Source of the DNA: an uncultured Bacilli bacterium
Lineage (GTDB): Bacteria; Bacillota_I; Bacilli_A; RF39; UBA660
Assembly: GCA_934101495.1 (NCBI GenBank)
Contig: CAKORG010000002.1
Coordinates: 510 to 64,509 of the forward strand
DNA length: 64,000 nucleotides
Direction of reading: 5' to 3'
Part shown: in pieces, positions 18,251 through 28,349 of the stretch
Numbering within the stretch: position 1 is the stretch's first letter
How the letters are laid out: every line of letters begins with the position of its first letter
The notes under the pieces: generated by a model
Seen by the model: only the letters and a program-made list of their open reading frames with translations
Databases searched by the model: none
Told to the model about the DNA's origin: nothing
Program-made: the position numbers and the translations under genes

Positions 18251-19775
18251 AAAATATTACATAACAACACCAATATATTATCCAAGTGCAAATTTTCATA
18301 TTGGTCATTGTTATACAACTATAATAGCGGATGCTATTGCAAGATATAAAAGATTAAATGGATATGATGTGTTTTTTCAAACAGGAACAGATGAACATGG
18401 TCAAAAAATTGAACAAAAAGCTAAGGAAGCTGGTGTAACACCAAAAGAATATGTTGATGTTATAATTGAAAATGCTAAAGATTTATGGAAAAGTTTAAAT
18501 ATATCTTACGATTATTTTATTAGAACAACTGATGAAAATCATGTTAAAGCTGTGCAAAAAATATTTAAAAAATTATATGACCAAGGGGATATTTATAAAG
18601 GTTCTTATGAAGGGCTATATTGTGTTCCCTGTGAGTCCTTTTGGACTGAAACTCAGCTTATAGATGGTAAATGTCCAGATTGTGGTCGTGAAGTTAAAAC
18701 TGTTACTGAAGAAGCATACTTTTTTAGATTATCAAAATACCAAGATAAATTAATTGAATTATATGAAAAAAATCCTGAATTTATTTTACCTGTTTCAAGA
18801 AAGAATGAGCTTGTAAATAACTTTATTAAACCAGGACTTGAAGATTTATGTGTTTCAAGAACTTCAGTTAAATGGGGAATTCCTGTAGATTTTGATCCAA
18901 AACATGTAATTTATGTATGGATTGATGCTTTATCAAACTATATCACATCTCTAGGTTATCCAGATGAAAATGCTCCATTATTTAAAAAATATTGGCCTGC
19001 TGATTTACACTTAGTTGGTAAGGAAATAACAAGATTTCATGCTATCATTTGGCCAGCACTTCTTATGGCTTTAGATTTACCACTTCCAAAACAAGTATTT
19101 GGTCATGGATGGCTTGTTATAAATGGTGGTAAGATTTCTAAGTCACTAGGCAATTATAAAGACCCAAGAGAATATATTGATGCTTATGGCGTTGATGCAG
19201 TTAGATATTTTGCTTTAAGGGAAGTTTCTTTTGGAAGTGATGGTGCTTTCTCTGAAGAAGCTTTGATTAATAGAACAAATGCAGATTTGGTAAATAACTT
19301 AGGAAATTTAGTTAATAGAACAATAAGCATGAGTCATAAATATTTTGATGGTGTGGTTGAAAATTCAAAAGTTAATGAAGAAATTGATAATGACTTAATT
19401 AGTGCTGTTACAAGTTTAAAAGCAAAAGTTGATGAAAAAATGGATGGCTTAAAAGTTAATGAAGCTTTAGAAGAAATATTTGAAGTTTTAAAAAGATGTA
19501 ATAAATATATTGATGAAACTACACCATGGATACTTGCTAAAGATGAGACTAAACAAGATAGATTAAAAACTGTTTTATATAATATTTTAGAAAGTATCAG
19601 AGTATGTGCTATACTTCTTGAACCATTTATTAATGTAACAAGTGAAAAAATATTAAATGAACTTAATACAAATGAAAGAAGCATTGAAAGTATAAGTGAA
19701 TTTGGTAATTTAGAATGTGGAATTACATTAAATAAACCTGAAATATTATTTAATAGGATTGAAATAAATGAATAA
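18243..19775 (+). CDS. metG: methionine--tRNA ligase (short form)
   Basis: ANFHIGHCY (HIGH), zinc knuckle CVPCE...CPDCG, KISKSLGN (KMSKS). 510 aa. Overlaps the dut stop by 8 nt. Confidence 0.96.
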   Translation: MNKKYYITTPIYYPSANFHIGHCYTTIIADAIARYKRLNGYDVFFQTGTDEHGQKIEQKAKEAGVTPKEYVDVIIENAKDLWKSLNISYDYFIRTTDENHVKAVQKIFKKLYDQGDIYKGSYEGLYCVPCESFWTETQLIDGKCPDCGREVKTVTEEAYFFRLSKYQDKLIELYEKNPEFILPVSRKNELVNNFIKPGLEDLCVSRTSVKWGIPVDFDPKHVIYVWIDALSNYITSLGYPDENAPLFKKYWPADLHLVGKEITRFHAIIWPALLMALDLPLPKQVFGHGWLVINGGKISKSLGNYKDPREYIDAYGVDAVRYFALREVSFGSDGAFSEEALINRTNADLVNNLGNLVNRTISMSHKYFDGVVENSKVNEEIDNDLISAVTSLKAKVDEKMDGLKVNEALEEIFEVLKRCNKYIDETTPWILAKDETKQDRLKTVLYNILESIRVCAILLEPFINVTSEKILNELNTNERSIESISEFGNLECGITLNKPEILFNRIEINE

Positions 19776-20538
19776 TTATTTTGTTGATACACATTGTCAT
19801 GTATTTAAATCTGATTATGAAAATATAGATGAAGTTTTAGAAAATGCAAGTAATAATCATATAAAATATGTTATTAATAATGGTAGTAATGATAAATCTA
19901 ATAAAGAAGTACTTAAGCTTGTAGAAAAATATCCATATATGTATGGAGCAATTGGTATTCATCCGGAGGATGTTGATGGTGTAACACAAGAAGATGTCAA
20001 ATTTATAGAAGATAATTTAGATAATAAAAAAATTGTTGCTATTGGTGAAATTGGTTTAGATTATCACTATACAAAAGAAAATAAAGATGAACAAATTAAA
20101 TTATTTGAAATGCAACTTTCTTTAGCTGAAAAATATGATATACCTGTTATTGTGCATTCAAGAGATGCTACAGAAGATACAATTAATTCTCTCAAAAAAT
20201 TTAATTGTAAAGGTGTTATTCATTCTTTTTCTGGAAGTTTAGAAACTGCTAGAATATATATTAAAATGGGATATATGCTTGGTGTTAATGGGGTTATAAC
20301 TTTTAAAAATGCTAAGATAAAAGATGTTATTAAAGAAGTTGGACTTGAGCATATTGTTTTAGAAACTGATAGTCCATATCTTGCTCCAGAACCATTTAGA
20401 GGAAAACAAAATAATCCTGGACATGTGCTAGAAGTAGCTAAATTTGTAGCTAATTTGTATGATATTTCTTTAGAAGAACTTGCTGTTCAAACTAATAAAA
20501 ACGTTACGGATATGTATAAAAAGATGAAGTTAGATTAA
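19768..20538 (+). CDS. tatD: TatD-family metal-dependent DNase/hydrolase (YabD)
   Basis: FVDTHCHV, GEIGLDYHY, VIVHSRDA, ETDSPYLAP. Confidence 0.92.
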   Translation: MNNYFVDTHCHVFKSDYENIDEVLENASNNHIKYVINNGSNDKSNKEVLKLVEKYPYMYGAIGIHPEDVDGVTQEDVKFIEDNLDNKKIVAIGEIGLDYHYTKENKDEQIKLFEMQLSLAEKYDIPVIVHSRDATEDTINSLKKFNCKGVIHSFSGSLETARIYIKMGYMLGVNGVITFKNAKIKDVIKEVGLEHIVLETDSPYLAPEPFRGKQNNPGHVLEVAKFVANLYDISLEELAVQTNKNVTDMYKKMKLD

Positions 20539-20689
20539 TTTTAACTTTATCTTTTTTTGACTAATTTAAAGTTACTAGTACTATATCATCTGTTATTAAT
20601 ATTACAAATAAATATGTAAAATATTGTCAATTGCTTTATTGGGTTATTAATGTTATAATTTAGTTATCCAAGAAGGAGTGGATATTTAT

Positions 20690-21217
20690 ATGAAAGTAGT
20701 AAATTACTTTATTAGAATGTCAATTGTTATATTTATGTTTATAATTGCTAAAAGTAGTTCTGATACAAAAATTGCTACAGTTGAAAATAATAATGTTAAT
20801 AAAACAGTTAATTTAACTACGATGGCTATGAAAATAATTGAAGTTGAAGATACAATAAAATATACACCAGTTGCTACATATACTGGAGATTTGACTGGTT
20901 ATGCTTATAATTGTCCGTTATGTAATGGCACACTTGGTTGTATGCCAAAATATAATATTAAAGATGGTACAACAACTTATAAGGATTATGAATATGGAGA
21001 AGTTAAAATTGTGGCTTCAAGTAAAAATATAGCTTGTGGTTCAATTATTAGATTTAAAAGTGATAGAGTTGGTGAAGGAGAACAATTTGCTATAGTTTTG
21101 GATCGTGGTGTTGGCGGCTATGCACTTGATTTGCTTACACCAAGTGAAGAATATGCTTCTAAATATATTGGAAGAAGTAAAATAACATATGATGTTTTAA
21201 GGAGCGGGTGGGAATAA
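20690..21217 (+). CDS. membrane-anchored 3D-domain (RlpA/MltA-like double-psi barrel) protein, YabE-like
   Basis: N-terminal TM helix. The C-terminal region (IVASSKNIACGSIIRF...FAIVLDRGVGGYALDLL) resembles the 3D domain. Syntenic with yabE after yabD. Confidence 0.55.
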   Translation: MKVVNYFIRMSIVIFMFIIAKSSSDTKIATVENNNVNKTVNLTTMAMKIIEVEDTIKYTPVATYTGDLTGYAYNCPLCNGTLGCMPKYNIKDGTTTYKDYEYGEVKIVASSKNIACGSIIRFKSDRVGEGEQFAIVLDRGVGGYALDLLTPSEEYASKYIGRSKITYDVLRSGWE

Positions 21218-21237
21218 AACCCTACCCGAATTTTTTT

Positions 21238-22017
21238 ATGAAGGCAAAGAAAAGTTTAGGACAAAATTTTTTAATTGATAACAATGTAATCAATAAAATT
21301 ATTGATGAAGTTTCAGCATGTGAAGATGATTTAATTGTTGAAATAGGGCCTGGAAGGGGTGCTCTTACAAGTAAGCTTAAGAATAAAGGTTGTAATGTAA
21401 TTGCTTACGAACTTGATAGAGATTTAAGTAATATATTAAGTAAATTAGAAGATGATAAATTACATATAATATATGGGGATTTTTTAAAAAGTGATATAAA
21501 GGAAGATATAAAAAATATTAAATATGATAATTTATATTTAGTTGGTAATCTTCCTTACTATATAACTACACCAATTATTGAACATATTATTGATGAAAAT
21601 CTTGAGTTTAGTAAATTTACTATTATGATACAAAAAGAAGTAGCTGATAGATTTATGGCTGAAGCTGGTACAAAAGATTATGGCTATATTACTTTAGTAC
21701 TTAAATATTACTTTAATATTAGTAAAGTTTGTGATGTATCTAAATATGCTTTTTCTCCAGTACCTAAGGTTGAAAGTAGTGTTGTAAGTTTTGTGCCACG
21801 AAAAGATAAGCTAGATGTAGGTGCTGATGGTTACTTTAAGTTTTTGAAAAATGCATTTAGACAAAAAAGAAAGAATTTAAGAAACAATTTAAATGGTTTA
21901 TATGATTTAGATATGGTCTTGCAGGTGTTAAATAAATATGACTTGGATTTAAGTGTTAGAGCAGAATGCTTAAGTGAAGAAATACTTGCAGATATCTATA
22001 AAAGTGTTACCCTATAA
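21238..22017 (+). CDS. rsmA: 16S rRNA (adenine1518/1519-N6)-dimethyltransferase RsmA/KsgA
   Basis: KKSLGQNFLID, VEIGPGRGALT, VGNLPYYITTPI. Confidence 0.95.
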   Translation: MKAKKSLGQNFLIDNNVINKIIDEVSACEDDLIVEIGPGRGALTSKLKNKGCNVIAYELDRDLSNILSKLEDDKLHIIYGDFLKSDIKEDIKNIKYDNLYLVGNLPYYITTPIIEHIIDENLEFSKFTIMIQKEVADRFMAEAGTKDYGYITLVLKYYFNISKVCDVSKYAFSPVPKVESSVVSFVPRKDKLDVGADGYFKFLKNAFRQKRKNLRNNLNGLYDLDMVLQVLNKYDLDLSVRAECLSEEILADIYKSVTL

Positions 22018-22031
22018 GGGTAATTTTTTTT
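22007..22031 (+). terminator. intrinsic terminator after rsmA
   Basis: TTACCC-tataa-GGGTAA hairpin overlapping the stop codon, followed by a run of 9 T. Confidence 0.6.
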
Positions 22032-22052
22032 TGATAATTTTCATATACTTTA

Positions 22053-22844
22053 TTGGTGATAATTATTTTGAATATAGAAAAAGGTGATTATGTAACTAGA
22101 AATAGTTATGGTAATGATACTGTATTTAGAGTTATTAATATAAAAGATGGAATATACTATCTAAAAGGTGTTGAAGTTAGATTAGTAGCTGATGCTGAAG
22201 CTTTAGATTTAAGAAAAGAAGAAAACATTCATGAAGATGATGTAATTGATGATATTGATTTACTTGATGATAATTTAGACCGAGGTGAGTTCTTTTATTT
22301 GCCTGCGAAAGCACTGCATATAGATTCTGATGAAGAATATCTTGCAAGATGCCTAAAGTTTTATAAAAGAAATGGCATAATGGCTGTTGGTAAAAAAATA
22401 AATGAAAAGAATGTTTATGAGCAGTTACCTACGTTATTAAAAGAATTTAGACCAGATATTGTGGTTATTACTGGACACGATGCTTATTATAGAAAAAAAG
22501 GTGACGCTAAAGATATTAAAAATTATAAGAATTCAGCATATTTTGTTAAAGCAGTTAAGGCAGCAAGAAATTATGAAAAAAGTCATGAGAAATTAGTTAT
22601 AATTGCTGGAGCTTGTCAAAGTGATTATGAAGAATTAATTAAGGCTGGTGCTAATTTTGCATCAAGTCCAAAGAGAGTTAATATACATGCCTTAGATCCA
22701 GCGATTATTGCTAGTACTGTTGCACTAACTGAGAGAAATAAAGAAATAGATTTAAAAAAGTTACTCGATAAAACAAAATATAAAGAAGATGGTATGGGTG
22801 GACTTATATGTAATGGGCTTATGTATGTAGGTTATCCTAGATAA
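22053..22844 (+). CDS. yabG: sporulation-specific protease YabG
   Basis: PDIVVITGHDAY...IIAGACQS...ASSPKRVNIHALDP is characteristic of YabG (peptidase U57). ksgA-yabG-veg synteny. Non-ATG start, exact start uncertain. Confidence 0.88.
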   Translation: MVIIILNIEKGDYVTRNSYGNDTVFRVINIKDGIYYLKGVEVRLVADAEALDLRKEENIHEDDVIDDIDLLDDNLDRGEFFYLPAKALHIDSDEEYLARCLKFYKRNGIMAVGKKINEKNVYEQLPTLLKEFRPDIVVITGHDAYYRKKGDAKDIKNYKNSAYFVKAVKAARNYEKSHEKLVIIAGACQSDYEELIKAGANFASSPKRVNIHALDPAIIASTVALTERNKEIDLKKLLDKTKYKEDGMGGLICNGLMYVGYPR

Positions 22845-22853
22845 GGGGGAATA

Positions 22854-23066
22854 ATGAATATTAATTTAGTTAAAGAAGAAATAAGTAAAAAGCTTAATAG
22901 TAAAGTAATGGTTTCTGTTTATGGTATGCGTAATAGAGTTAGTAGACTGGAGGGCATACTTTATAAAATTTATCCAAATTTGTTTACGATTTTGGTTAAT
23001 GGAGAAGAAAAAAGTTTTTGTTATAGGGATGTAATAACTGGTGATGTCAAAATAAAATATTTATAA
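22854..23066 (+). CDS. veg: Veg protein
   Basis: 70 aa. Y(G)MRNRVSRLEGILYKIYPNLFTI matches the Veg family. Syntenic. Confidence 0.88.
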   Translation: MNINLVKEEISKKLNSKVMVSVYGMRNRVSRLEGILYKIYPNLFTILVNGEEKSFCYRDVITGDVKIKYL

Positions 23067-23143
23067 AATAAAAAAATATATTGCAAAAAATTTAATTATG
23101 CTTTAAAATAAAATTATGTAATACATCATAAGGAGGTAATGTT

Positions 23144-23416
23144 ATGGAAATTACAAAACTAGAAATTTATAGGAGAGAAAAAGAAGGCTCAAGATTAAAA
23201 GCTTTTGTTGATTTTACTTTGGATGATTGCTTAGCAATTCGTGGAGCTAAGATTATTGATGGTAATTCAAGGATGTTTGTTTCTATGCCAGGAAGAATCA
23301 ATAAGGATGGTAAAGAAGAAAATGTTGTATTCCCAACAAATAAAGAAACAAGAGATAAACTTGAAAAAGTTATTCTTGATGCATATAGTAAAAAAATTGA
23401 AGAAGAAGCTGAATAA
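23144..23416 (+). CDS. spoVG: septation/sporulation regulator SpoVG
   Basis: MEITKLEIYR...LKAFVDFTLDDCLAIRGAKIIDGNSRMFVSMP. Confidence 0.93.
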   Translation: MEITKLEIYRREKEGSRLKAFVDFTLDDCLAIRGAKIIDGNSRMFVSMPGRINKDGKEENVVFPTNKETRDKLEKVILDAYSKKIEEEAE

Positions 23417-23431
23417 AAGCTTCTTTTTTTT
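23403..23431 (+). terminator. intrinsic terminator after spoVG
   Basis: AGAAGCT-gaataaa-AGCTTCT hairpin followed by a T-run. Confidence 0.7.
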
Positions 23432-23432
23432 C

Positions 23433-23460
23433 TTGACATATAATAAATATGTGATATAAT
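23433..23460 (+). promoter_or_regulatory. near-consensus sigma-A promoter
   Basis: TTGACA at 23433-23438, 16-nt spacer, extended -10 TGaTATAAT at 23452-23460. Confidence 0.7.
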
Positions 23461-23491
23461 CAAAGAACACTACTTGAAAGGAGTCGAATTT

Positions 23492-23974
23492 ATGTTATAT
23501 AATATAGAATACGTTTATGGTAAAGATTCCGAAGGGAATAACACTTTAATTGGTGCTAAAGTATTTAGTTATGATGGAGAAACAACTTATAAACAAGAAA
23601 TTTATGTAGGTTTAAAGTATTCACTACAAGATGTACTTAGTAATAAATCTTTAGCTGAGTTTATTGGTGTAGATAGTTTAGCAATGTTTAAGGCTAAATA
23701 TCAAAAATTCAATGCAACTGGAGTTATATATTTTCCGCAATTAAAATGTTATGAATTTCTTGAAAAAGATGATATTGTTTTACCTTGGATTTCTGATGAA
23801 CTGGCAATTGCTGATCTAGAAGCAGCTTTAGAATTATATAAAAGAAAAGAAATAAATAATTCTGTAGCAAAAAAACTAGCTGATAAAAAGATGTATTTAG
23901 AAAGTTTAGATCCAGAAGATCCAATGGCAGAATGGTTAGGCGTTTCTTTTCAAAGACGTGTATCAAACAGATAG
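23492..23974 (+). CDS. hypothetical protein (160 aa, no recognisable domain)
   Basis: AAAGGAG RBS lies 8 nt before ATG 23492. Flanked by its own promoter and terminator. Confidence 0.6.
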   Translation: MLYNIEYVYGKDSEGNNTLIGAKVFSYDGETTYKQEIYVGLKYSLQDVLSNKSLAEFIGVDSLAMFKAKYQKFNATGVIYFPQLKCYEFLEKDDIVLPWISDELAIADLEAALELYKRKEINNSVAKKLADKKMYLESLDPEDPMAEWLGVSFQRRVSNR

Positions 23975-23997
23975 TTATAAATTATCTGTTTTTTTCA
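23965..23997 (+). terminator. intrinsic terminator
   Basis: AAACAGATA-n9-TATCTGTTT hairpin followed by a T-run. Confidence 0.7.
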
Positions 23998-24017
23998 TAT
24001 AATTAATTGGTGATAAT

Positions 24018-24293
24018 ATGGATAATACTTATGGTACTCAAGAAGTAAAAATTGTTGACAGAAGTAGTATAAGTTTAAATGGAGTTAATAAAATAGTAAG
24101 TTTTGATGATGAGGAATTTTTAATGGAAACTGTAATGGGAAATTTAAGAATACTTGGTAGTAGTCTTGAACTTTTAAAACTTGATACTATTGATGGAAAT
24201 GTAAAGATAAAAGGAAAGATTAATTCATTTATGTATATTGATGGTAAAACTAAAAATAAAGAAGATAGTATTATAAGTAAATTATTTAAATGA
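24018..24293 (+). CDS. yabP: sporulation protein YabP
   Basis: 91 aa. The S..GV..I.SFDDEEF..ET..G.L.I.G..L.....D...G...I.G.I pattern is typical of YabP, and it is followed by a yabQ-like gene. Confidence 0.8.
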   Translation: MDNTYGTQEVKIVDRSSISLNGVNKIVSFDDEEFLMETVMGNLRILGSSLELLKLDTIDGNVKIKGKINSFMYIDGKTKNKEDSIISKLFK

Positions 24294-24589
24294 ATAGTTA
24301 TGTACAAGTACTTTCTTTCTTAGTATCTTTTGTTTATGGAATAGTATTTTATTTGTTTGCAAGATTTAATAGATTTATGCTTAGTAATAAAAATAATGTT
24401 ATTAAGTTGTTGGTAACACTTGTTTTTGTTATAGATATGGTTATTTTATATATTTATTTAATGTATAAAATTAATTTTGGAATTATTCATCCATATTTTG
24501 TAATGGTAGTTGTTTTAGGCTTTTTCTTTATGCTAAAAATGTATAGTAAATGTAAAAATTGTGTCAAAAAAATTAAATTTCAAAAATAA
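24290..24589 (+). CDS. yabQ: spore cortex biosynthesis membrane protein YabQ-like
   Basis: 99-aa polytopic membrane protein, overlapping the yabP stop by 4 nt (ATGA). Call rests on synteny. Confidence 0.6.
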   Translation: MNSYVQVLSFLVSFVYGIVFYLFARFNRFMLSNKNNVIKLLVTLVFVIDMVILYIYLMYKINFGIIHPYFVMVVVLGFFFMLKMYSKCKNCVKKIKFQK

Positions 24590-24648
24590 TAGTTTATATT
24601 TTTGAATTTTTTTTGTATAATCTGGGTGAAGAATGAGGAGGATCCGGT

Positions 24649-24933
24649 ATGAAGAAAACAAAAAAAGAAAAAAAACGGCTTTTTGTAATATCTGCCGTGA
24701 TTATTCTGCTTATTATTTCTTTGGTTAGTTCTGTTGCAGGAGATTGGACTAAAATTATGGAAAATAAAAGTAAGATTACAAGTTTAAATAAAAAATATAA
24801 TAATTTACTAAGTGAAGAAGAAAAATTAATTAGTGAAGTTACTAAACTTCAAGATGATGATTATGTTCTAAGATATGCAAAAGAAAAATTTTTGTATTCT
24901 GAAGATGGAGAAGTTATAATTAGAATGAATTAG
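24649..24933 (+). CDS. divIC: septum formation initiator DivIC/FtsB family
   Basis: N-terminal TM helix, coiled coil, then C-terminal [13 protein letters not shown]. yabP-yabQ-divIC synteny. Confidence 0.8.
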   Translation: MKKTKKEKKRLFVISAVIILLIISLVSSVAGDWTKIMENKSKITSLNKKYNNLLSEEEKLISEVTKLQDDDYVLRYAKEKFLYSEDGEVIIRMN

Positions 24934-24948
24934 AATTCATTCTTTTTT
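24922..24948. terminator. bidirectional hairpin shared by the convergent divIC and clpP 3' ends
   Basis: AGAATGAATT-ag-AATTCATTCT palindrome spans both stop codons, with a T-run on the + strand side. Confidence 0.5.
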
Positions 24949-25508
24949 ATGATATCATCAATTAGTCCATATTCTTTGGCTTCGGTAGCACTTAGGAAAT
25001 TATCTCTTTCTGTGTCTTCATATATTTTTTCTAGTGGTTGATGAGTATTGTTAGCTAAAATTTTGTTTAATTTTTCTTTTAATTTAATTATGCGTTCAGC
25101 TGCTATTTTAATGTCTGTTGCTTGACCTTGAGCACCTCCGAGTGGTTGATGGATCATGACTTCAGCATTTGGAAGTACATATCTTTCGTCTCCGCTTGAA
25201 AGTAAAAATGCTGCCATGCTAGCACACATACCGACTCCGATGGTTATAACTTTGCTTTCAATAAATCTCATTGTGTCGTAAATTCCCATTCCAGAAGTTA
25301 TGGCACCACCCGGAGAGTTTATATACAAATATATATTTTCATGATTAATATTATCTAAATAAAGAAGCTCACTTATAATAATATTAGACATAGCATCATC
25401 AATTTCACCAGTTAAAAATATAATTCTGTCTTGAAGAAGTCTAGAATATAAATCATATGCATATTCTTTATTGTTACTCTTTGTAATTACTGTTGGAATT
25501 ATGTTCAA
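24930..25508 (-). CDS. clpP: ATP-dependent Clp protease proteolytic subunit
   Basis: [48 protein letters not shown]. Confidence 0.97.
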   Translation of the reverse strand: MNIIPTVITKSNNKEYAYDLYSRLLQDRIIFLTGEIDDAMSNIIISELLYLDNINHENIYLYINSPGGAITSGMGIYDTMRFIESKVITIGVGMCASMAAFLLSSGDERYVLPNAEVMIHQPLGGAQGQATDIKIAAERIIKLKEKLNKILANNTHQPLEKIYEDTERDNFLSATEAKEYGLIDDIIKKNEF

Positions 25509-25604
25509 AATATATCACCTACATAAATAATAGTAAAATATGTTATTTTTTATTCACAAATAGTAAAAAAATTGATATAATTAATAAGAATAGAGGGAGA
25601 TTAG

Positions 25605-27251
25605 ATGGATATAGTTAAAGTTACATTTAATGATAATACTGTTCACGAGTACAAAAAAGGTACTTTGTTTTATGATGCTAGTAAAGATTTTGATATGGAA
25701 AATATTGTTGGTTATAAGATAAATAACGAAGTATTTTCTTTAGATAATAAAATACTTGAAGAAGTAAAAATTGATTTTATAAATACTGATGATTTAATTG
25801 GTAATAGGATTTATAAAGCAGGTCTAAAGTTTTTGTTTTTAGTTGCTTTACAAGAAGTTTTTAATGGTTTTGATGTTTCGTTTGAACATAGTGTTCCAAG
25901 AGGTATGTTAGGAATTATTGAAGGTCCACGAATACTTACACAAGAAGATATTTCCTTTATTAAGGAGAAAATGTGTAAAATAATTAATGATGATGAAATA
26001 ATAACTAAGTTAAATGTTTCTCCGAAAGATGCAATTAAGTATTATAAAGATAAAAATGAGTATGAAAAAGCAAATAATATCCAAAATATAAGTGATAAGG
26101 TTGTTAATTTGTATAAACTTAAGAATAAACTTAATTATTTTTATTCATTAATGCCTTATAGTACCGGGGCTTTAAATAAGTTTGAGCTTGTTTATTTAGG
26201 AAATAATAAGGTAATACTTTTGTTTCCAACAACCCGAAGTCATGGTAATGTTCCTGAGTATGTTCATTATGATAAAATTATTGAAAGTTTTGCAAGTGGA
26301 AAAAAATGGCTTGAAAACTTAAATATGCCATATGTCACGGATTTAAATAAAGATGTTGGAACTGGCAAAATAATTAATTTTATTAAATCAAGTGAGCTTA
26401 TGTTTAATTTAAATATTGCAGAAGTTGCTAAAGAAATTGAGAGGAATAAAGATATTAAGTTTATACTTATTGCAGGTCCATCATCAAGTGGAAAGACAAC
26501 AACAACAAGTAGGTTAGCATCATATTTCGAAACTTTGGGTTATAATCCAATAAACATAAGTTTAGATGATTATTTTGTTAATAGAGATGATACTCCGAAA
26601 GATGAAAATGGTAAATTTGATTTTGAATGTTTAGAAGCTTTGGATGTTAAATTATTTAATGAAAACTTAGGTAAGCTACTTGCTGGTGAAAGTATTAAAT
26701 TACCTAAATATAATTTTATGACTGGACTTAGAGAATACTATAAGGGTGAAGTTAAAATGACTAATAAAAGTATTTTCTTAATTGAAGGGTTGCATGCTTT
26801 AAATGATGAACTTACTAAGGAAATTGATAAAAAGTTTAAATATAAAATTTATTTAAGTCCATTTATTCCTTTAAGTATAGATAAATATAATTATGTGTCA
26901 ACATTAGATTTAAGATTACTTAGAAGAATAGTCAGGGATAATAGAACACGTGGATATGATGTTATAAAAACTATTGATAATTGGCAAAGTGTTAGAAATG
27001 GAGAAGAAAAATATATATTTCCATATATACATCAAGCTAATTCAATAGTTAATACAGCACTTCCATATGAGGTTGGGGTTTTGAAGGTTTATGTTGAGCC
27101 ACTTCTTTTGTCAGTAAGTGTGGATAGCATTTATTACGAAGAAGCTAGAAGATTAGTGGATTTTTTGAAACAATTCTTTCCCATACCGGGAGAATATGTT
27201 AATGATGAATCAATATTGCGTGAATTTATAGGAGGAAGATATAATGATTAA
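25605..27251 (+). CDS. nucleoside/uridine kinase-family P-loop protein with N-terminal TGS-like domain
   Basis: Walker A IAGPSSSGKTTT. The C-terminal half resembles the uridine kinase/PRK family. The N-terminal about 60 aa is TGS-like. Confidence 0.7.
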   Translation: MDIVKVTFNDNTVHEYKKGTLFYDASKDFDMENIVGYKINNEVFSLDNKILEEVKIDFINTDDLIGNRIYKAGLKFLFLVALQEVFNGFDVSFEHSVPRGMLGIIEGPRILTQEDISFIKEKMCKIINDDEIITKLNVSPKDAIKYYKDKNEYEKANNIQNISDKVVNLYKLKNKLNYFYSLMPYSTGALNKFELVYLGNNKVILLFPTTRSHGNVPEYVHYDKIIESFASGKKWLENLNMPYVTDLNKDVGTGKIINFIKSSELMFNLNIAEVAKEIERNKDIKFILIAGPSSSGKTTTTSRLASYFETLGYNPINISLDDYFVNRDDTPKDENGKFDFECLEALDVKLFNENLGKLLAGESIKLPKYNFMTGLREYYKGEVKMTNKSIFLIEGLHALNDELTKEIDKKFKYKIYLSPFIPLSIDKYNYVSTLDLRLLRRIVRDNRTRGYDVIKTIDNWQSVRNGEEKYIFPYIHQANSIVNTALPYEVGVLKVYVEPLLLSVSVDSIYYEEARRLVDFLKQFFPIPGEYVNDESILREFIGGRYND

Positions 27252-28248
27252 AGTAGCAATTAATGGTTTTGGTAGAATAGGCAGACTAGCCTTTAGACAA
27301 ATAGTTACACAAACAGATTTTGATATTGTAGCTATTAATGATTTAACAAGTGCGGAGGATTTAGCATATTTAGTTAAATATGATACAGTGCATGGTTCAT
27401 TTCATGAAGATGAAATTAAAGCAGAAGGTAATGAAATAGTAGTTGCAGGTGTTAAGAGAATTAAAGTTTATAGTGAAACTGACCCAGCTAATTTACCTTG
27501 GGGGGAACTTGGAGTTGATTTAGTTCTTGAATGTACTGGTAAGTTTACTCAAAAAGAAGATGCAATGAAACATATTACTGCTGGTGCTAAAAAAGTATTA
27601 ATTAGTGCTCCAGGTAAAGGTGAAATGAAGACAGTTGTTTATAATGTTAATGATAGCATTTTAACAAATGATGATGTTATTGTTAGTGCAGCAAGTTGTA
27701 CAACAAATTGTTTAGCTCCAGTTCTTAATATTTTGCAAAAAAATATTGGTATTAAAAAAGGATTTATGACAACTGTTCATGCTTATACAAATGATCAAGC
27801 AACACTTGATATAGCTCATAAAAAAGGTATTAAATCAAGACGTGGTAGAGCATGTGCTCAAAATATTGTTCCATCTAGTACAGGAGCAGCAAAAGCTATT
27901 GGTTTGGTTATTCCTGAACTTCTTGGTAAGCTTGATGGTAATGCTTTAAGGGTTCCAACTGCGGATGGTTCTGCTCTAGATTTAACTTTAGAACTAAATA
28001 GAAATACAAATGTAGAAGAAATTAATAAATTATTTAGTGAAAATCAAAATGAAACAATTAAATTTACAATGGATCCAATTGTTTCAAGTGATTGTCTAGG
28101 CAAAAAGGTTGGGGCAATAGTTGATGGCCTTTCTACAAGCATTGTGGAAGCTGATGGTTCTCAACTTGTTAAAGTACTAGCTTGGTATGATAATGAGTAT
28201 GGTTATACTGCTCAAATGCTTAGAACTGCTAAAAAAATGTTTCAATAA
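27244..28248 (+). CDS. gap: type I glyceraldehyde-3-phosphate dehydrogenase
   Basis: KVAINGFGRIGRLAFR, ASCTTNCLAP, WYDNEYGY. Confidence 0.97.
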   Translation: MIKVAINGFGRIGRLAFRQIVTQTDFDIVAINDLTSAEDLAYLVKYDTVHGSFHEDEIKAEGNEIVVAGVKRIKVYSETDPANLPWGELGVDLVLECTGKFTQKEDAMKHITAGAKKVLISAPGKGEMKTVVYNVNDSILTNDDVIVSAASCTTNCLAPVLNILQKNIGIKKGFMTTVHAYTNDQATLDIAHKKGIKSRRGRACAQNIVPSSTGAAKAIGLVIPELLGKLDGNALRVPTADGSALDLTLELNRNTNVEEINKLFSENQNETIKFTMDPIVSSDCLGKKVGAIVDGLSTSIVEADGSQLVKVLAWYDNEYGYTAQMLRTAKKMFQ

Positions 28249-28258
28249 AATAAAAAAG

Positions 28259-28279
28259 CTCTCAGAAATGAGGGTTTTT
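28259..28279 (+). terminator. intrinsic terminator after gap
   Basis: CTCTCA-gaaa-TGAGGG hairpin followed by TTTTT. Confidence 0.5.
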
Positions 28280-28349
28280 AAAAATAGACTAGCAAAATTC
28301 TTAAAAATGGTATATTAAATTTTAAATTGAAGGGAGAATTGATAATTAA

